The notes: generated from the letters alone by a model not told the origin. Counted from the first letter of the stretch, positions 37,233-50,449 are shown. The stretch is 64,000 nt of DNA from Macrostomum lignano (GCA_002269645.1 NIVC01001845.1:1-64000); one strand, 5' to 3'. Made by a program: numbers and translations.

Positions 37233-38482
37233 TATATATCATAATATAATAATAATATGATAATACTATATTTTCATATTTATCATATCATATTATGATC
37301 ATATTCATATTAGGTAGGCCTATAATTTATAAGCTTTTTAATCTATGATACAGGTTACTAAGTTATCTTTGTTTTACTCTACCTGTTTTGAATATTTTTT
37401 TGTTTTTTTAATTTATAACTATGGCCATGGGAATCTACAGAATATAATAGCAACTATCGTATTTCCGTAGTTGTAGTTATAAGAGCAGCTATCTACTATA
37501 GGTGTATCCATTGCTATAGTCACCTATTTTACCATATTTTCCATAAGATCCCATAGCTGTAGCCATAGCTATGGTGGAATACTACTTCTGTAGCAATATT
37601 TTTCTTATTCCACAATATTAAAAATGTTCCCAGATGTTGGTTGGTGTATCTTTTTGATTGAAAATATGACCTTAGCTATAATTGGCTATAGATATACTCA
37701 TATACAGATATGGCAAGGGATTGGCAAAATTTATTAATTCAAGAGCTAGCTGAAGAATCTAGCTCATGGCTGTGGGCTATGATGTGAGAGAGGAAAGGAG
37801 CAGGAATAGAAAACAAGAGGGGAGAGAAGAGGTGAGATAGGATAATATTAGAGCTATGTTGTCAAGATAAGAGTAGAGAAGAAAGAGGCAAGAGGAGAGA
37901 CAAGGGAGAGAGAAGAGAGAAGAGAAAATAAAATAAAAGGAGATGGGGGAGAGGAGAGAAAGAGAGTTGAGAAGAGACACAAACCATAAGCTGGCCAGAT
38001 TACTATGGTGAAGTTTCAAAGGACATTAGGTTAGATAGAAGCTTTGCTGGCCACAGGGTTTGTTGACCCTTGGGCTATGGAAAAAATTACTATGGGTACA
38101 GATATTGATACAAAAAAATGGTTATAGCTAATTCTATTGTTAATAGCTTCATTTTAGCTTCATTTTAAATATCTTTTTAAAGCTTTTTGCTTATTTGCTT
38201 TCTATTCAAAAGTGAAGCTATTTCCTCTTACTTCATGTCTTAGGCTTTGTACTTATAGGTGTAAGCATATATAATGACTTTGTTATGTTTCTATTTCTTG
38301 CCAACTCTATTCATAGATGTTATAGGAATTTTATTCATTTGTTTTGTATGGTAACTGTAACATTTGTCTATGATAGTAAAAAGCTACTTTCAGAAAAAAA
38401 ATTAAGAGCCTTTTGCCACATAAATTACTGATTTGTACAGCTTTTTACAGTCATTTAAAGCATTAAGTGAGGCTGCTCAGTC

Positions 38483-39963
38483 ATGCTGGACCCACTGTCT
38501 GGTCTCTACATCACCATTGTTGGTCAGCGGACAGTGAGATGCATGCCGCAGTCTGGCAGTGCCAGCAGCAAACCCTTCACCGCTTATCAGCTGAGCATCT
38601 ATCGGGGCTCCACCTTCTGTCACGCGGTTGAGAAGCGGTATTCCGACTTTGAGCGCCTTCACAGGCAGCTGCGGGCTGCATCGCCCAGGTGTGTTGTGTT
38701 TTACTTTTCTGGTTTTTTTTACCTCCAAGCTGTTCTATTTGATCAAATCCTTCCATTGAGCTGTTCCCCTCACTTAGCGCATTCACCGTCCAGCACTTTC
38801 AAGTTAAGCAGTGTCGGCCTCGGTTAGTACGCATCTAAAAGGTTGCTTACGCCAGCTTTGAAAGCAAGCGTTCCTAGTCTGTACAAGTTGTACACAGCCA
38901 GTACTGTACAAGTTGTACACAGCCAGTACTGTACAAGTTGTACACAGCCAGTACTGTATAAGTTGTACACAGCCAGTACTGTACAAGTTGTACACAGCCA
39001 GTACTGTACAAGTTGTACACAGCCAGTACTGTACAAGTTGTACACAGCCAGTACTGTGTAAGTTGTACACAGCCAGTACTGTACAAGTTGTACACAGCCA
39101 GTACTGTACAAGTTGTACACAGCCAGTACTGTGTAAGTTGTACACAGCCAGTACTGTACAAGTTGTACACAGCCAGTACTGTACAAGTTGTACACAGCCA
39201 GTACTGTACAAGTCGTACGAAGCCAGTACTGTACAAGTTGTACACAGCCAGTACTGTACAAGTTGTACACAGCCAGTACTGTACAAGTTGTACACAGCCA
39301 GTACTGTACAAGTTGTACACAGCCAGTACTGTACAAGTTGTACACAGCCAGTACTGTACAAGTCGTACAAAGCCAGTACTGTACAAGTTGTACACAGCCA
39401 GTACTGTACAAGTTGTACACAGCCAGTACTGTACAAGTTGTACACAGCCAGTACTGTACAAGTTGTACAAAGCCAGTACTGTACAAGTTGTACACAGCCA
39501 GTACTGTACAAGTTGTACACAGCCAATCAGATGCTGTCTACCCCTCTCCTACCACAGGCTTGCCCGCCTGCCGGACCTGCCCAGCAAGCGATTCCTCGGT
39601 GGCCCGGACGCTGCCGAGCTGCGCCGCGACCTGGACGCCTACCTGAACAGCCTGCTGGCCTGTCTGCAGCGGCCCGGCCGGTCATCTCCGGGCGGCGGCA
39701 GCGTCGGCCTGGTCTGCAGATTCCTCGGCTTCGAGTACCGGTCGCCGACGCACGCCCTGTTGCTGGACGATCAGCTGAAGGACAGTCGTGCTGGCCAGTC
39801 GCAGTCCATGAACAGCAATAGTAATAAGACTTCTTCTCAGCACGCGCCCGTTGTACGGATGCCGGAAGTGGACCTGGTGCCTCGGGCTGAACTGGACTTG
39901 CTCACCTATACTGTTATCGATACTGTTTATCAGTCTTCTGGCTCTTCGTCCATTGATGACTAA
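38483..39963 (+). CDS. PX-domain sorting nexin, SNX22/SNX24-like; join(38483..38688,39558..39963)
   Basis: PX motifs VEKRYSDFERLHRQL, LPSKRF and LDAYLNSLL. C-terminal HAPVV...LLTYTVIDTVY resembles the SNX22/24 tail. Phase-2 GT-AG intron splices in frame. Confidence 0.82.
38880..39525. repeat. 25-bp intronic minisatellite GTACAAGTTGTACACAGCCAGTACT
   Basis: About 26 near-identical units inside the SNX intron. Confidence 0.97.
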
Positions 39964-41126
39964 ATGTAGCCTAGCTCCGGTGTGCCAGCGGCCCAGGCTC
40001 GATTCCAAGTGCAGTCGCATTCATTTGTGTTATATGCTTTAGTATAATGTAACTTTGGCTGCTCTGGTGGCGAGCCAAGGAGCTTAAAACAAATATATTT
40101 AATCGCCCTGCCTCTTAGCACGTAGGCGGTGGAGGTCAGGGCCATAGACATGGATATACTACTAATGGACGATCAGTGTCTAAATTGGGCTAAATTGGAA
40201 TCTCGGCTTGGCTCTGCTCAGTGCAATTAACGGCCCTGAGGGCCAAACCCCAAGGCACAGTGAAGTGTACATGCCAGGGTAGTCGGCAGAATGGGCTTTA
40301 GTGCCTCTTGCCGGTTGTGTGACAATGTGCGCGCACAGCCCTTGCTGTGACTGCGGGTGTCCTCTATAGCTTGGTAAACATGTAAGTGCAAATTGGAGAA
40401 ACACACTTGCATAAAAGTCTGGCTTATCTCATACTTGTTAGAGCTGTTCTTGCCTCTTTTCTAGCTGCCCCATCACCCATACATGCGCAACCCCCCCTGA
40501 TATACACCGGCTTATTTTGCACCAAAAATGCAACTTACCTATAAAGTAAATCTAAGAAAAATTAACGTAATTTTGGGTAAACGGCAGGAGTAACAATAAC
40601 TGTGTTTCTAAAGTTAAATGCCTCGTCATCTAATTAGTACTACATATTTTTTGGTTGGCATTTTTTGCGACTTACCTTGGCTGCGTCCCTCACCGGGTCG
40701 GCGGCCGGGTGTTGCGCATGCATGCCCCATCAATCTCATTGTTTTTAAAACTATTTTTGCTATTATCGAATCTGAGTAGTCAATTGTTTAGCAGCATTAC
40801 ACATTAGTTTTCATATTGATGCAGTGTGTTTTTTAGCACTAATTGTATAGCATCTTTCTGTTGATTTCTTTATGAATAACATTTTTAGGCTCTTTATTCG
40901 ATAGTATTATCTAGCTAAGTTCAGTTTTGCTTGAAGACATGGCGTAGCTTTAGAAATCTAAAATAAAAGTACTAACCTGGGCATAATGTGTGTTCAACGT
41001 TTGAAGAGAAACTTATAATTAATTCTTGAATATTTTTACCTTTCTATTCTCATTCAATAAATTTGTTTATTCTTATCTTGATAAGCTCGATTTTTTTGTG
41101 TTTTAATTTTTCTCATTTCGCTACTA

Positions 41127-41886
41127 GAATGATAGGCATTAGTCTATTAGATACTGAGTTAGTGATAGTCATTAGTCTATTTGATACTGAGTCAGTGATA
41201 GGCATTAGGATACTAAGTTAGTGATAGGCATTAGTCTATTAGATACTGAGTTAGTGATAGGCATTAGTCTATTAGATACTAAGTTAGTGATAGGCATTAC
41301 TCTATTAGATACTGAGTCAGTGATAGTCATTAGTCTATTAGATACTGAGTCAGTGATAGTCATTAGTCTATTAGATACTGAGTTAGTGATAGTCATTAGT
41401 CTATTTGATACTGAGTCAGTGATAGGCATTAGGATACTAAGTTGATAGGCATTAGTCTATTAGATACTGAGTCAGTGATAGTCATTAGTCTATTAGATAC
41501 TGAGTTAGTGATAGTCATTAGTCTATTTGATACTGAGTCAGTGATAGGCATTAGGATACTAAGTTAGTGATAGGCATTAGTCTATTAGATACTAAGTTAG
41601 TGATAGGCATTAGTCTATTAGATACTGAGTTAGTGATAGGCATTAGTCTATTAGATACTGAGTTAGTGATAGTCATTAGTCTATTAGATACTGAGTTAGT
41701 GATAGGCATTTGTCTATTTGATATTGAGTCAGTGATAGGCATTTGTCTATTAGATACTGAGTCAGTGATAGGCATTAGGATACTAAGTTAGTGATAGGCA
41801 TTAGTCTATTTGATACTGTCTGAGTCAGTGATAGGCATTAGTCTATTTGATACTGAGTCAGTGATAGGCATTAGTCTATTAGATAA
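41127..41886. repeat. 33-bp (with 26-bp variant) minisatellite GTGATAGGCATTAGTCTATTAGATACTGAGTTA
   Basis: Visible tandem units ending ~55 bp before the REXO5-like ATG. Confidence 0.95.
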
Positions 41887-41939
41887 TAATATCAGCCCCC
41901 ACTATTCGATGAGCGGTGACTGGGAAACATTCAATCAGA

Positions 41940-43811
41940 ATGAGCACAGAAGATTCTGGAGCAGCCGCAACGGGACCAGCAGCAGCGGGAGCGACCGACG
42001 GCAACGATGACTCAGGCTGGACTCAAGCAAAGCCGCGTCGACAACCTGAAAAGCCAAAATTTATTGTGTTCATGGACAAGGTGTGGAATTTTACTTATCG
42101 ATGTTAATCCTTTTTGGATTGAACCAATTCTTTATTAATGTATTTTAAACACTCCAAGAATCGCCCCTAAACATTCCAAGAATCGCCCCTAAACATCCCA
42201 AGAATCGATCCTAAACATTCCAAGAATCGCCCCTAAACATTCCAAGAATCGCCCCTAAACATCCCAAGAATCGATCCTAAACATCCCAAGAATCGCCCCT
42301 AAACATCCCAAGAATCGCCCCTAAACATACCAAGAATCGCCCCTAAACATACCAAGAATCGCCCCTAAGCATCCCAAGAATCTCCCTTAAACATACCAAG
42401 AATCGCCCCTAAACATACCAAGAATCGCCCCTAAACATCCCAAGAATCCATCCTAAACATCCCAAGAATCGATCCTAAACATCCCAAGATTCGATCCTAA
42501 ACATCCCAAGAATCGCCCCTAAACATCCCAAGAATCGCCCCTAAACATACCAAGAATCGCCCCTAAACATACCAAGAATCGCCCCTAAACATACCAAGAA
42601 TCGCCCCTAAACATACCAAGAATCGATCCTAAACATTCCAAGAATCGCCCCTAAACATTCCAAGAATCGATCCTAAACATCCCAAGAATCGATCCTAAAC
42701 ATCTCAAGAATCGCCCCTAAACATTCCAAGAATCGATCCTAAACATCCCAAGAATCGATCCTAAACATCCCAAGAATCGATCCTAAACATCCTAAGAATC
42801 GACCCTAAACATCCCGAGAATCGTCCCTAAAAATCCGAAGAATTGTCCCTAAAAATCCCAAGAATCGCCCCTAAACATCCCAATAATCGATCCTAAACAT
42901 CCCAAGAATCGACCCTAAACATCCCGAGAATCGTCCTTAAAAATCCCATGAATCGCCCCTAAACATCCCAAGAATCGACCCTAAACATCCCGAGAATCGT
43001 CCTTAAAAATCCCATGAATCGCCCCTAAACATCCCAAGAATCGCCCCTAAACATTCCAAGAATCGATCCTTAACATCCCAAGAATCGCCCCTAAACATCC
43101 CGAGAATCGCCCCTAAACATACCAAGAATCGCCCTTTAAATCCTCGCACAGGCCCGGCAGCGGCGCCAGCCGAGCCACCGCGCCTTTTTGATGGCCACGC
43201 AGCCGCAGTCGGCCGTCCAACCGCTGTTTCCTGGCTGCGCCTCGGACAGCGAGTCCGACTCAGAGCCGGACGACAACGAGGACGACGATGCCAGCGGACG
43301 AAAGTTTCCAAAATTTGTGCTGGCGGACGTGCAGTGCCTGCTGAGCTACATGCTGCTGACCTATCGCTGCCTGCAGCAGCCACGCTGGTGCAAGATCGCC
43401 AAGCCCAACTGCGTGCCCCGCATTCTCGTCATTGTCTTCGACTCTGCGCCTCCGTCGGCTGCTGCACAGCTGCCCAAGTTTATGGCCAACTTCTATCAGG
43501 TAATGCGGTTTCCCATGGGCAGATGCTCGGACAGACACTGAGACAAATAGACGGACGGACGGGCGGGCGGACAGGCACACACTAAACAGAGACAAAAACA
43601 GACAGATAGACACTAAGACAGACACTAAGGTAAACACTAAGATGGACACTAAGACAGACACTAAGGTAAACACTAAGATGGACACTAAGACAGACACTAA
43701 GGTAAACACTAAGATGGACACTAAGACAGACACGAAAGCAGACACTAAGGTAGACACTAAGACAGACACTAAGACAGAAACTTAGACAGAAACTTAGACA
43801 GAAGACAAACC

Positions 43812-43851
<40 letters not shown>

Positions 43852-44446
43852 CTCTGACAGACAGACAGACAGACAGGACAGACACACAGACAGACAGACA
43901 GACACACAGACAGACACTAAGACAGACACTAAGACAGACACTAAGACAGACACTTGGACAGACGACAAACAGACAGACAGACTTCAGAATAAGTTAAGCC
44001 GGTGCAGCGGCAAAGCACCACAGCAGTGAGACAGTCATTCACACCCCACACCCTCGGATGCCCGCAGGCGATGCGGCTGATGTCGCCGTACGCCTATTCG
44101 GACCGGGTAGGCCCGGACCTGTTCAGCCTGCCGCTGCAGTCGGTGGCTCTCGGAGACCGGCAGCTGCTGCTGAACTGGCTGCAGAAACGGAGAAAGAAAT
44201 TGCAAACGGGCTCGACAGCCGCAGCGGCTGGGGAAGCTTCGCCTGCGGCGCGCTCCGACATAAGCATTGGCACCCTGGTTGATCCACCGGAGAAGCATGC
44301 GGCTTTTCCTGAGAGGTGAGCGGCGATGCGGCGATAACTGCTCTGGTGTTCTGCGCTTGAGTACATTTAATGATTTACACCCACCAAAGGACACAATTGC
44401 TGTGTATGGACACAGTGCACACTCACTGAGAGACACATTACTGCCT

Positions 44447-44480
<34 letters not shown>

Positions 44481-44562
44481 AAGGCAGACAGACAGCCAGA
44501 CAGACAAACAGACAGCCAGACAGACACTAAGACAGACAGACAGCAGACAGACAGACAGACAC

Positions 44563-44609
<47 letters not shown>

Positions 44610-44654
44610 CACAGACAGACAGACAGACAGACACACAGACACACAGACAGACAC

Positions 44655-44709
<55 letters not shown>

Positions 44710-46400
44710 CACAGACAGACAGACACTAAGACAGACAGACAGACAGACAGACAGACACACAGACAGACAGACAGACACACAGAGACATCACCACCTAGCG
44801 ACACAAGCACCAGTTGCCCACAGCCCTCATACAGCAGCGGCAGCCCGCAACCCGCCAACCATCGCACAGGGACAGGTTCCCGCGCACTCAGCTGCTGCTC
44901 TCCTCCGTGCAGCTGCTGCACGAGAACTACCCGATGCCGGGCCTGCGCAGCTGCGGCGGCGGTGGCCCCCAGTCCGGGCCGGACTACAAGACCAGCCTGC
45001 CGGCCTACCAGCCAGCCGGCCCGAGCTCGCCAATGTTCGGCCTGGACTGCGAGATGGTCGTCACCGAGGGGCCGGCTGGGGAGAGTTCGCAGCAGCATGA
45101 GCTGGCCAGGGCTACGTTAGTTGACGAGTCGGGCCGGATACTGCTAGACCAGCTTGTTAAGCCGGCTAATCCTGTGCTGAACTACCTCACAGCTAAGTCT
45201 GGCATCACCAGAGAGATGCTTGACAAAGCCACTGTCACTTTAGCGGAGGTCCAGGTGAATTTTTTCAACTCATGTTATAATATTTCTACTGTTCATTTTA
45301 CATCAGTAGTATGTAGAGTATTTTTATTGTTTTTGTTTTTATTTTATTACCCCAGCTAATGCTGGCACCCATTAGTTTCGAGTGGGTCGAGGAGAATCGA
45401 ACCCCCGACCTTTCAGTTGTGACTCCTACGCTTGTGCTACGATTCTGGTCTACGATCTCAAATCAGATTTCCTGATCTCACTCCGCAGGATCAGCTGGCC
45501 CAGCTGCTCCCGCCCAACGCCATCTTGGTTGGCCATTCGCTTAACTGCGACCTGCACGCCCTGCGGCTCTACCATCCCAGCTGCATCGACACCTCGGTGG
45601 TGTTCAACCTGTCCGGCCATCGGCGGCACAAGTCCAGCCTGAAGTCGCTTGCCCAGCGATTTCTCGGCCGCGACATCCAGTCGGACGACGCTGTCGGTCA
45701 CAACTCGGCCGAGGACGCGCTGGCCGCGCTGAATCTGGTGCAGTTGAAACTCGCCAGGTCACTGGAATTCGGCGATGCCGCCTCCGGCGATTGGAACCCG
45801 TCGGCTGCTGACGCTGACGCTGCTGCTGCTGCTGCTGCCGACTCTCCACCGTCGGCTAAGCGACCCCGGATTGCAGCTGAAGATGCGACCGCAGCAGCAT
45901 CTCCGGCCAGGCCCGGCCACGGCGGCTTCCACGCCAGCCATTCCGCTGGCGCTACCACCGCCAGCCTGTTCGACTGGCTCCGCATGCACGGCGTCTCCTT
46001 CCGCGTGTTCGACCGAGTTCAGTCGGACGGTCACTCAGCCGAGGAGTACCTGGCCAGCCTGCCATCGACTTACTTGGTGGCTGACTCGGCCAGCGATGCC
46101 GCAGCTGTTGAAGCCGCCAGAGCCGAGGTGAAGTGCAGCCGATTGGTGGTGCTCCGGCTGCGAGATCTGGACTGCAATGGGACAGCAGCGACTGACTTGT
46201 CTGGGCTGGATGAGCCTCTGGCTAAACTGATGGACTCCATGCCGCAGTATTCCATGTGCATCGCCCTGTTCCCCGGTCGGCGGCAGGCTGCGTCAGGGAC
46301 GGCAGGTGAAACTGCAGGTGCAAGCGTCAGCGTTGCCAGGTGCTACTTCAGCATGCGGGGCATGGTTAAGCCGCAGTCCCTGGGCAAAACGGCTGATTGA
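41940..46400 (+). CDS. REXO5: RNA exonuclease 5 / NEF-sp-like DEDDh exonuclease; join(41940..42080,43152..43499,44068..44315,44870..45254,45489..46400)
   Basis: All four GT-AG introns are phase-consistent. Motifs [50 protein letters not shown]-terminal DVQCLL..PRWCKI..VPRILVI typical of the REXO5/Rnh70 group. Gene symbol is tentative. Confidence 0.85.
42154..43138. repeat. 22-bp intronic minisatellite CCAAGAATCGCCCCTAAACATC
   Basis: About 45 units in REXO5-like intron 1. Confidence 0.96.
43560..43982. repeat. (CAGA)n / GACACTAA compound repeat in intron 2
   Basis: Visible in sequence. Confidence 0.9.
44448..44785. repeat. (CAGA)n microsatellite in intron 3
   Basis: Visible in sequence. Confidence 0.93.
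45347..45440 (-). mobile_element. Internally deleted copy of the CORE-type tRNA-SINE in REXO5-like intron 4
   Basis: TTACCCCAGCTAATGCTGGCACCCATT and GAATCGAACCCCCGACCTTTCAGTTGTGA match 54785..54940. B-box GGTTCGATTC on the minus strand. Confidence 0.65.
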
Positions 46401-46709
46401 TATATGATTATCTGTATGATTTCATAAATATTACTGGAGAAGAGAGCCGAGGGGGGATGTCTATGGCAAAACCTGCCTCACAAAGAAGCGAACAGTCTGT
46501 CCCTTGCTTATGCACTAATTAAAATAATTACATGCTGGCTTAACAGTAACAAACAGAATGCAAATTCAAGGCTTAGAAATAAAAGTTGTCAGCGAGAATG
46601 AAAGGCATTTTTTGTAACATTTTAATCACTATTGGGAAAATAATGTTCTTTGTGATTCTGTTTCTTGTGTCAAATTCTTTTTGTTGGCATCATAAAATAC
46701 TCATAATCA

Positions 46710-48008
46710 GCAAAATCCGGCAGTAATTTGCGCTCAATATGCCTAAAAGTAGGCCGAAAGCTCACTCAGGACGGTACGAGCTAAACTCGAAAGTCATGGC
46801 AAAAAATATTTTTCGTTTGATTTCATAAAATTGTCATTTGATTTCGTCCATAGAAGTTGGCAGCGCGGCCATAGAGTCCATGGCAATAAAGTGCGCTGTT
46901 TTCCGATTGAATTCATAACTTTGCCACTTCATTTCGACTTGACGCGCGGAGTGACTCAAACACTGTCAGAGGGGGCTGGGATATCAGTGGGTGAATATCT
47001 ATGGCCAAACCTCTCATAGAAATGAAAAGCCTATATGAACGTGTCCTCTTCTTGGGCAACAGTCACCTTCCTTGTGTGCCTAAAAATGGCTGCATACGCG
47101 TCCATTGGAAACGTATAAACGCGGCCAATCGTATTCAACTGCGAACTCTGCCACCGTACTCTCTATTTCTTAACGCCGCGGAACAGGCACACAGTTGTCT
47201 CAAGGCTTCGCTTAAACGCCAGCTAGCAACACCTGAGCTTCAACAGGAACTTAGCTATCCGCCTGATGGCATCAACCTAACGCAGTGGAGACTCATGGTG
47301 CTTTTCCGCTGCGGCTACGTTGCACTAGAGGAAATTTCCGCCGCGAAGTGCCTTGCCTGGGAAGGACATGTGATGCGGTTTCTGCCCCTGTGCATCAATG
47401 AGCAGCAGATAATGTGAAATTTGTAGCTTGTTGCAGCGAACGAGCATTAACTTTGGCGGAAATAACTGATTTCACTGTTGCAACTGCCTACTTCCTCATG
47501 TGACTTAAATACACAGCTTTCTGTTTTTAACAGTTCTTTCTGTACTGGACAAGCGCATCGACTTTTCTGTTGCCTTTCTACTGGGTATGTCGAAATGAAG
47601 TGGCAAAGTTATGAATTCAATCGGAGAACAGCGCACTTTATTGCCATAGACTCGATGGCCGCGCTGCCAACTTCTATGGACGAAATCAAATGACAATTTT
47701 ATGAAATCAAACGAAAAATCCTATAGTTAGAGGCTCATTTAAAAGCATTGTTCTATGGCCAACCATATAGAACTCTTTACTGACCCACTACGAGCTATTA
47801 TTTTCAAAATCAACCAATCCGCTGCAGTAGACAATTATTCAAGTATGAAACCATATTATATATGATGTGCGATTATTTAGTCTCGATATTCTCGTCGTGA
47901 AATCTGTGACCTTCTCTCTATGAGAGAAGCCAAAACCTACAAGTCTACCATTTGATTGCAAAATCTGACAGTAATTCGCGCTCAATATGCCTAAAAGTAG
48001 GCTGAAAG
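46710..48008. repeat. 51-bp dispersed direct repeat pair (46710..46760 and 47958..48008) flanking the Tc1 relic
   Basis: GCAAAATC(C/T)G(G/A)CAGTAATT(T/C)GCGCTCAATATGCCTAAAAGTAGGC(C/T)GAAAG, 4 mismatches. Confidence 0.85.
46808..47719 (+). mobile_element. Tc1/IS630-family DNA transposon deletion derivative with 131-bp TIRs
   Basis: TIRs 46808..46938 and 47589..47719 are nearly perfect. Internal ORF 47001..47417 has RVLFLGN...LRTLPPYSLFLNAAEQAHSCLK (DDE C-terminal LPPYSP.LN..E motif). TA at the left end, TC at the right. Confidence 0.8.
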
Positions 48009-48769
48009 TTGGATAATTCTATACCAGTATTTTATACTGTAAGCTAGTAGAGCTTGCAAACAAGCAAATTAATCCAATATCGAAAAACTGAACACATTCG
48101 TATCCTCTATGCTAATTGTCTATGGTAAAAACTGTCAAATCGTCAAGCAAATGAATAATTCAGGCAAGCATTTAAGCACTAGCCTACCAATTCCACTGTC
48201 TCTGCTTTAACCGTTTCTCTGACACATTTTTTACCATAGACAACAGCAAGAAACCTTGCTTAGTTTAGCAATTCGAAAGTCATTTCAGCGAAATTTGAGT
48301 GGTTTCGCTGAAGTAGTTATGAAAACAAGATCATGATCTTGAACTTGCCGATTTTGCGAACTTATGGTCAGTCAGTTTTGAGAAATGTAAACAACTGGGT
48401 TTGTTAAATATTTTTGCGAGTATATTTGTGCAACTGTACTCGTAGTCGTAAACAATTCTGGTCTACAATTAATGGCTGATTTCAGTATTTTAATTGAGAA
48501 GCCTAAGAGGTTTGCTAAATTATTTAACTAAATAACAGGTTGATGAAGTACATACGGTGAAGAATACCGAAAAGATTTGATCAAGCATGTCAATTTACAG
48601 TTGCTAGAAGCGTACGTACTTTGTGTCCCCAAGCAGTAGTGTGTCCTAAATGAGTTTACTCTGAGGATTATATTATGTCGCGTTTAAAATCGCAAACGTG
48701 AGTTTACATTAAGTGTCCTAGCACAGGATAGTGTGTGCCTCATTGAATGTGCATGTGTGTGCATTGTGT

Positions 48770-49040
48770 GCATTGAGTGTGCATTGTGATGGACATAGGT
48801 CATTGTGTCCCTCATTGACTACGCATTGTGTCCTAGCAGCATAGGATTATGTGTCCCTCATTAAGTATGCATTGTGTCCTAGCACAGAACACTGTGTCCC
48901 TCATTGACTATGCATTGTGTCCTAACACAGGTCATTGTGTCCCTCATTGAGTATGCATTGTGTCCTAACACAGGTCATTGTGTCCCTCATTGAGTATGCA
49001 TTGTGTCCAAACACAGGTCACTGTGTCCCTCACTGAGTAT
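48770..49040. repeat. ~43-bp degenerate minisatellite (GCATTGTGTCCTAACACAGGTCATTGTGTCCCTCATTGAGTAT)
   Basis: About 6 visible units downstream of the LIM gene stop. Confidence 0.85.
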
Positions 49041-49160
49041 CACCCCACAGATCACCCCACAGGTCACACCCCTCAAGGGTGAAAATGAGTATTTCACACA
49101 AAACTGTCACACTGAATTCTTAGCATTGGGGCTATGCATGAAAATTCCAATTGTCCGGAA

Positions 49161-49552
49161 TCAGGCCATGCTGTTTCCATGGTAACAGCCAACGTGGTAG
49201 CTCTGGTTGTCAACCAGCACGCGCCGGGTCTCAGTCTGGCCCCTGGCCGGCGTGATGGGCTGCCTGCAGGCGGCGCACCTTGGCGCGTACTTCCGGTGGA
49301 AGTCGTCCAGACAGAGCACCCGGTTGTGCACGTCCACGGTGAAGCCTTGGCCGTCCAGCTTGCGGCGGCACTGGGTGCAGCGGAAGCAGGCGGGGTGGTA
49401 GGGCTTGCCGAGGGCGCGCAGGATTCGCTCCGTGACGGGCTGTCGGCAGGCGTCGCACATTTCTAGGGCGTCGTTCACGCAGCCTTCGCAGAGCAGGCGG
49501 CCTGAAATTGGGACTCGTGCGATTAACACGCCTGAGGACCAACTCTGATGCT

Positions 49553-49651
<99 letters not shown>

Positions 49652-49660
49652 GACTAACTT

Positions 49661-49701
<41 letters not shown>

Positions 49702-50301
49702 ACAGGCAGCTCAATAACAACTACATGCAGATAACTGTTGGTACCTGCGGCGTGGTAGAACGACGAAGTCTGGGTCAGCGGGGCCTGGCACTGGTAGCAC
49801 AGAAAGCAGTAGGGGTGGAAGAAGGCGTTTAGCGCGGCCAGCTGCAGCGCCAGCCCGGCGGGCAGGCAGCGGCGGCAGCGGAAGCAGACCGGCTCGTCTT
49901 CGCTTTCGTCGCCGACCATAGCGTTGGGATCGCCGACCTCGACGGCGGAGGCGGCCGCGGCCGCCGCAGCGGCGGCTGCAGCGTTGGCCCGTCGTGCGGC
50001 GGCGGCGGACATCATTAGTGGCTGCGGCTGCGGCGGCCCGCCACCCTCCAGGTAGTTGCTGACCAGCTCGCCGCTGCTTGTCACTCCGTCGTAGAGCGAC
50101 ATCGTCATGACGGCTCCGCTGCCGCCGCCGCCTGCTGATGTGGCCGACGACGGCGAGGCCGCCCCGGTGGAGGCCTGCGATTCGCTGATCTGCAGGCGGC
50201 GCTGCACGCTGACCGGGATGCTGATGGAGCCCTGGCTGGCGCCCGTCGGGTGCGGCGAGACCAGCACAATGCCGCCGCCGCCCCCTCCAGCCGGCTTGTA
50301 T
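49161..50301 (-). CDS. Zyxin/LPP/TRIP6-family LIM protein; last two exons 50301..49745 and 49501..49161 (upstream exons, e.g. ending at 50840, unresolved)
   Basis: Phase-1 splice gives SFYHAA-GRLLCEGC. LIM2 CDACRQPVTERILRALGKPYHPACFRCTQCRRKLDGQGFTVD...CLDDFHRKYAPRCAACRQPITP is diagnostic of the family. Confidence 0.85.
49553..49700. repeat. (CTAA)n microsatellite in the LIM gene intron
   Basis: Visible in sequence. Confidence 0.96.
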
Positions 50302-50449
50302 CTGTAGGACTCGTCTTGCTGGTAAATAAATGGATAAATTGGATTGGGTTTTAATTGGATTTTCTGTTGCTTGCTTGTCCGCGAATTGAGTCCTCTGCCT
50401 GCTCATACACTCAGTGTAATATCTGCTGCTGCACTCACTCATGTCTGTT

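Noticed and set aside
38880-39525. 25-bp unit resembles the Gateway attB1 start (ACAAGTTTGTACA)
   Set aside because: Only about 12 nt are similar, the unit is tandem and intronic, and no vector sequence is present.
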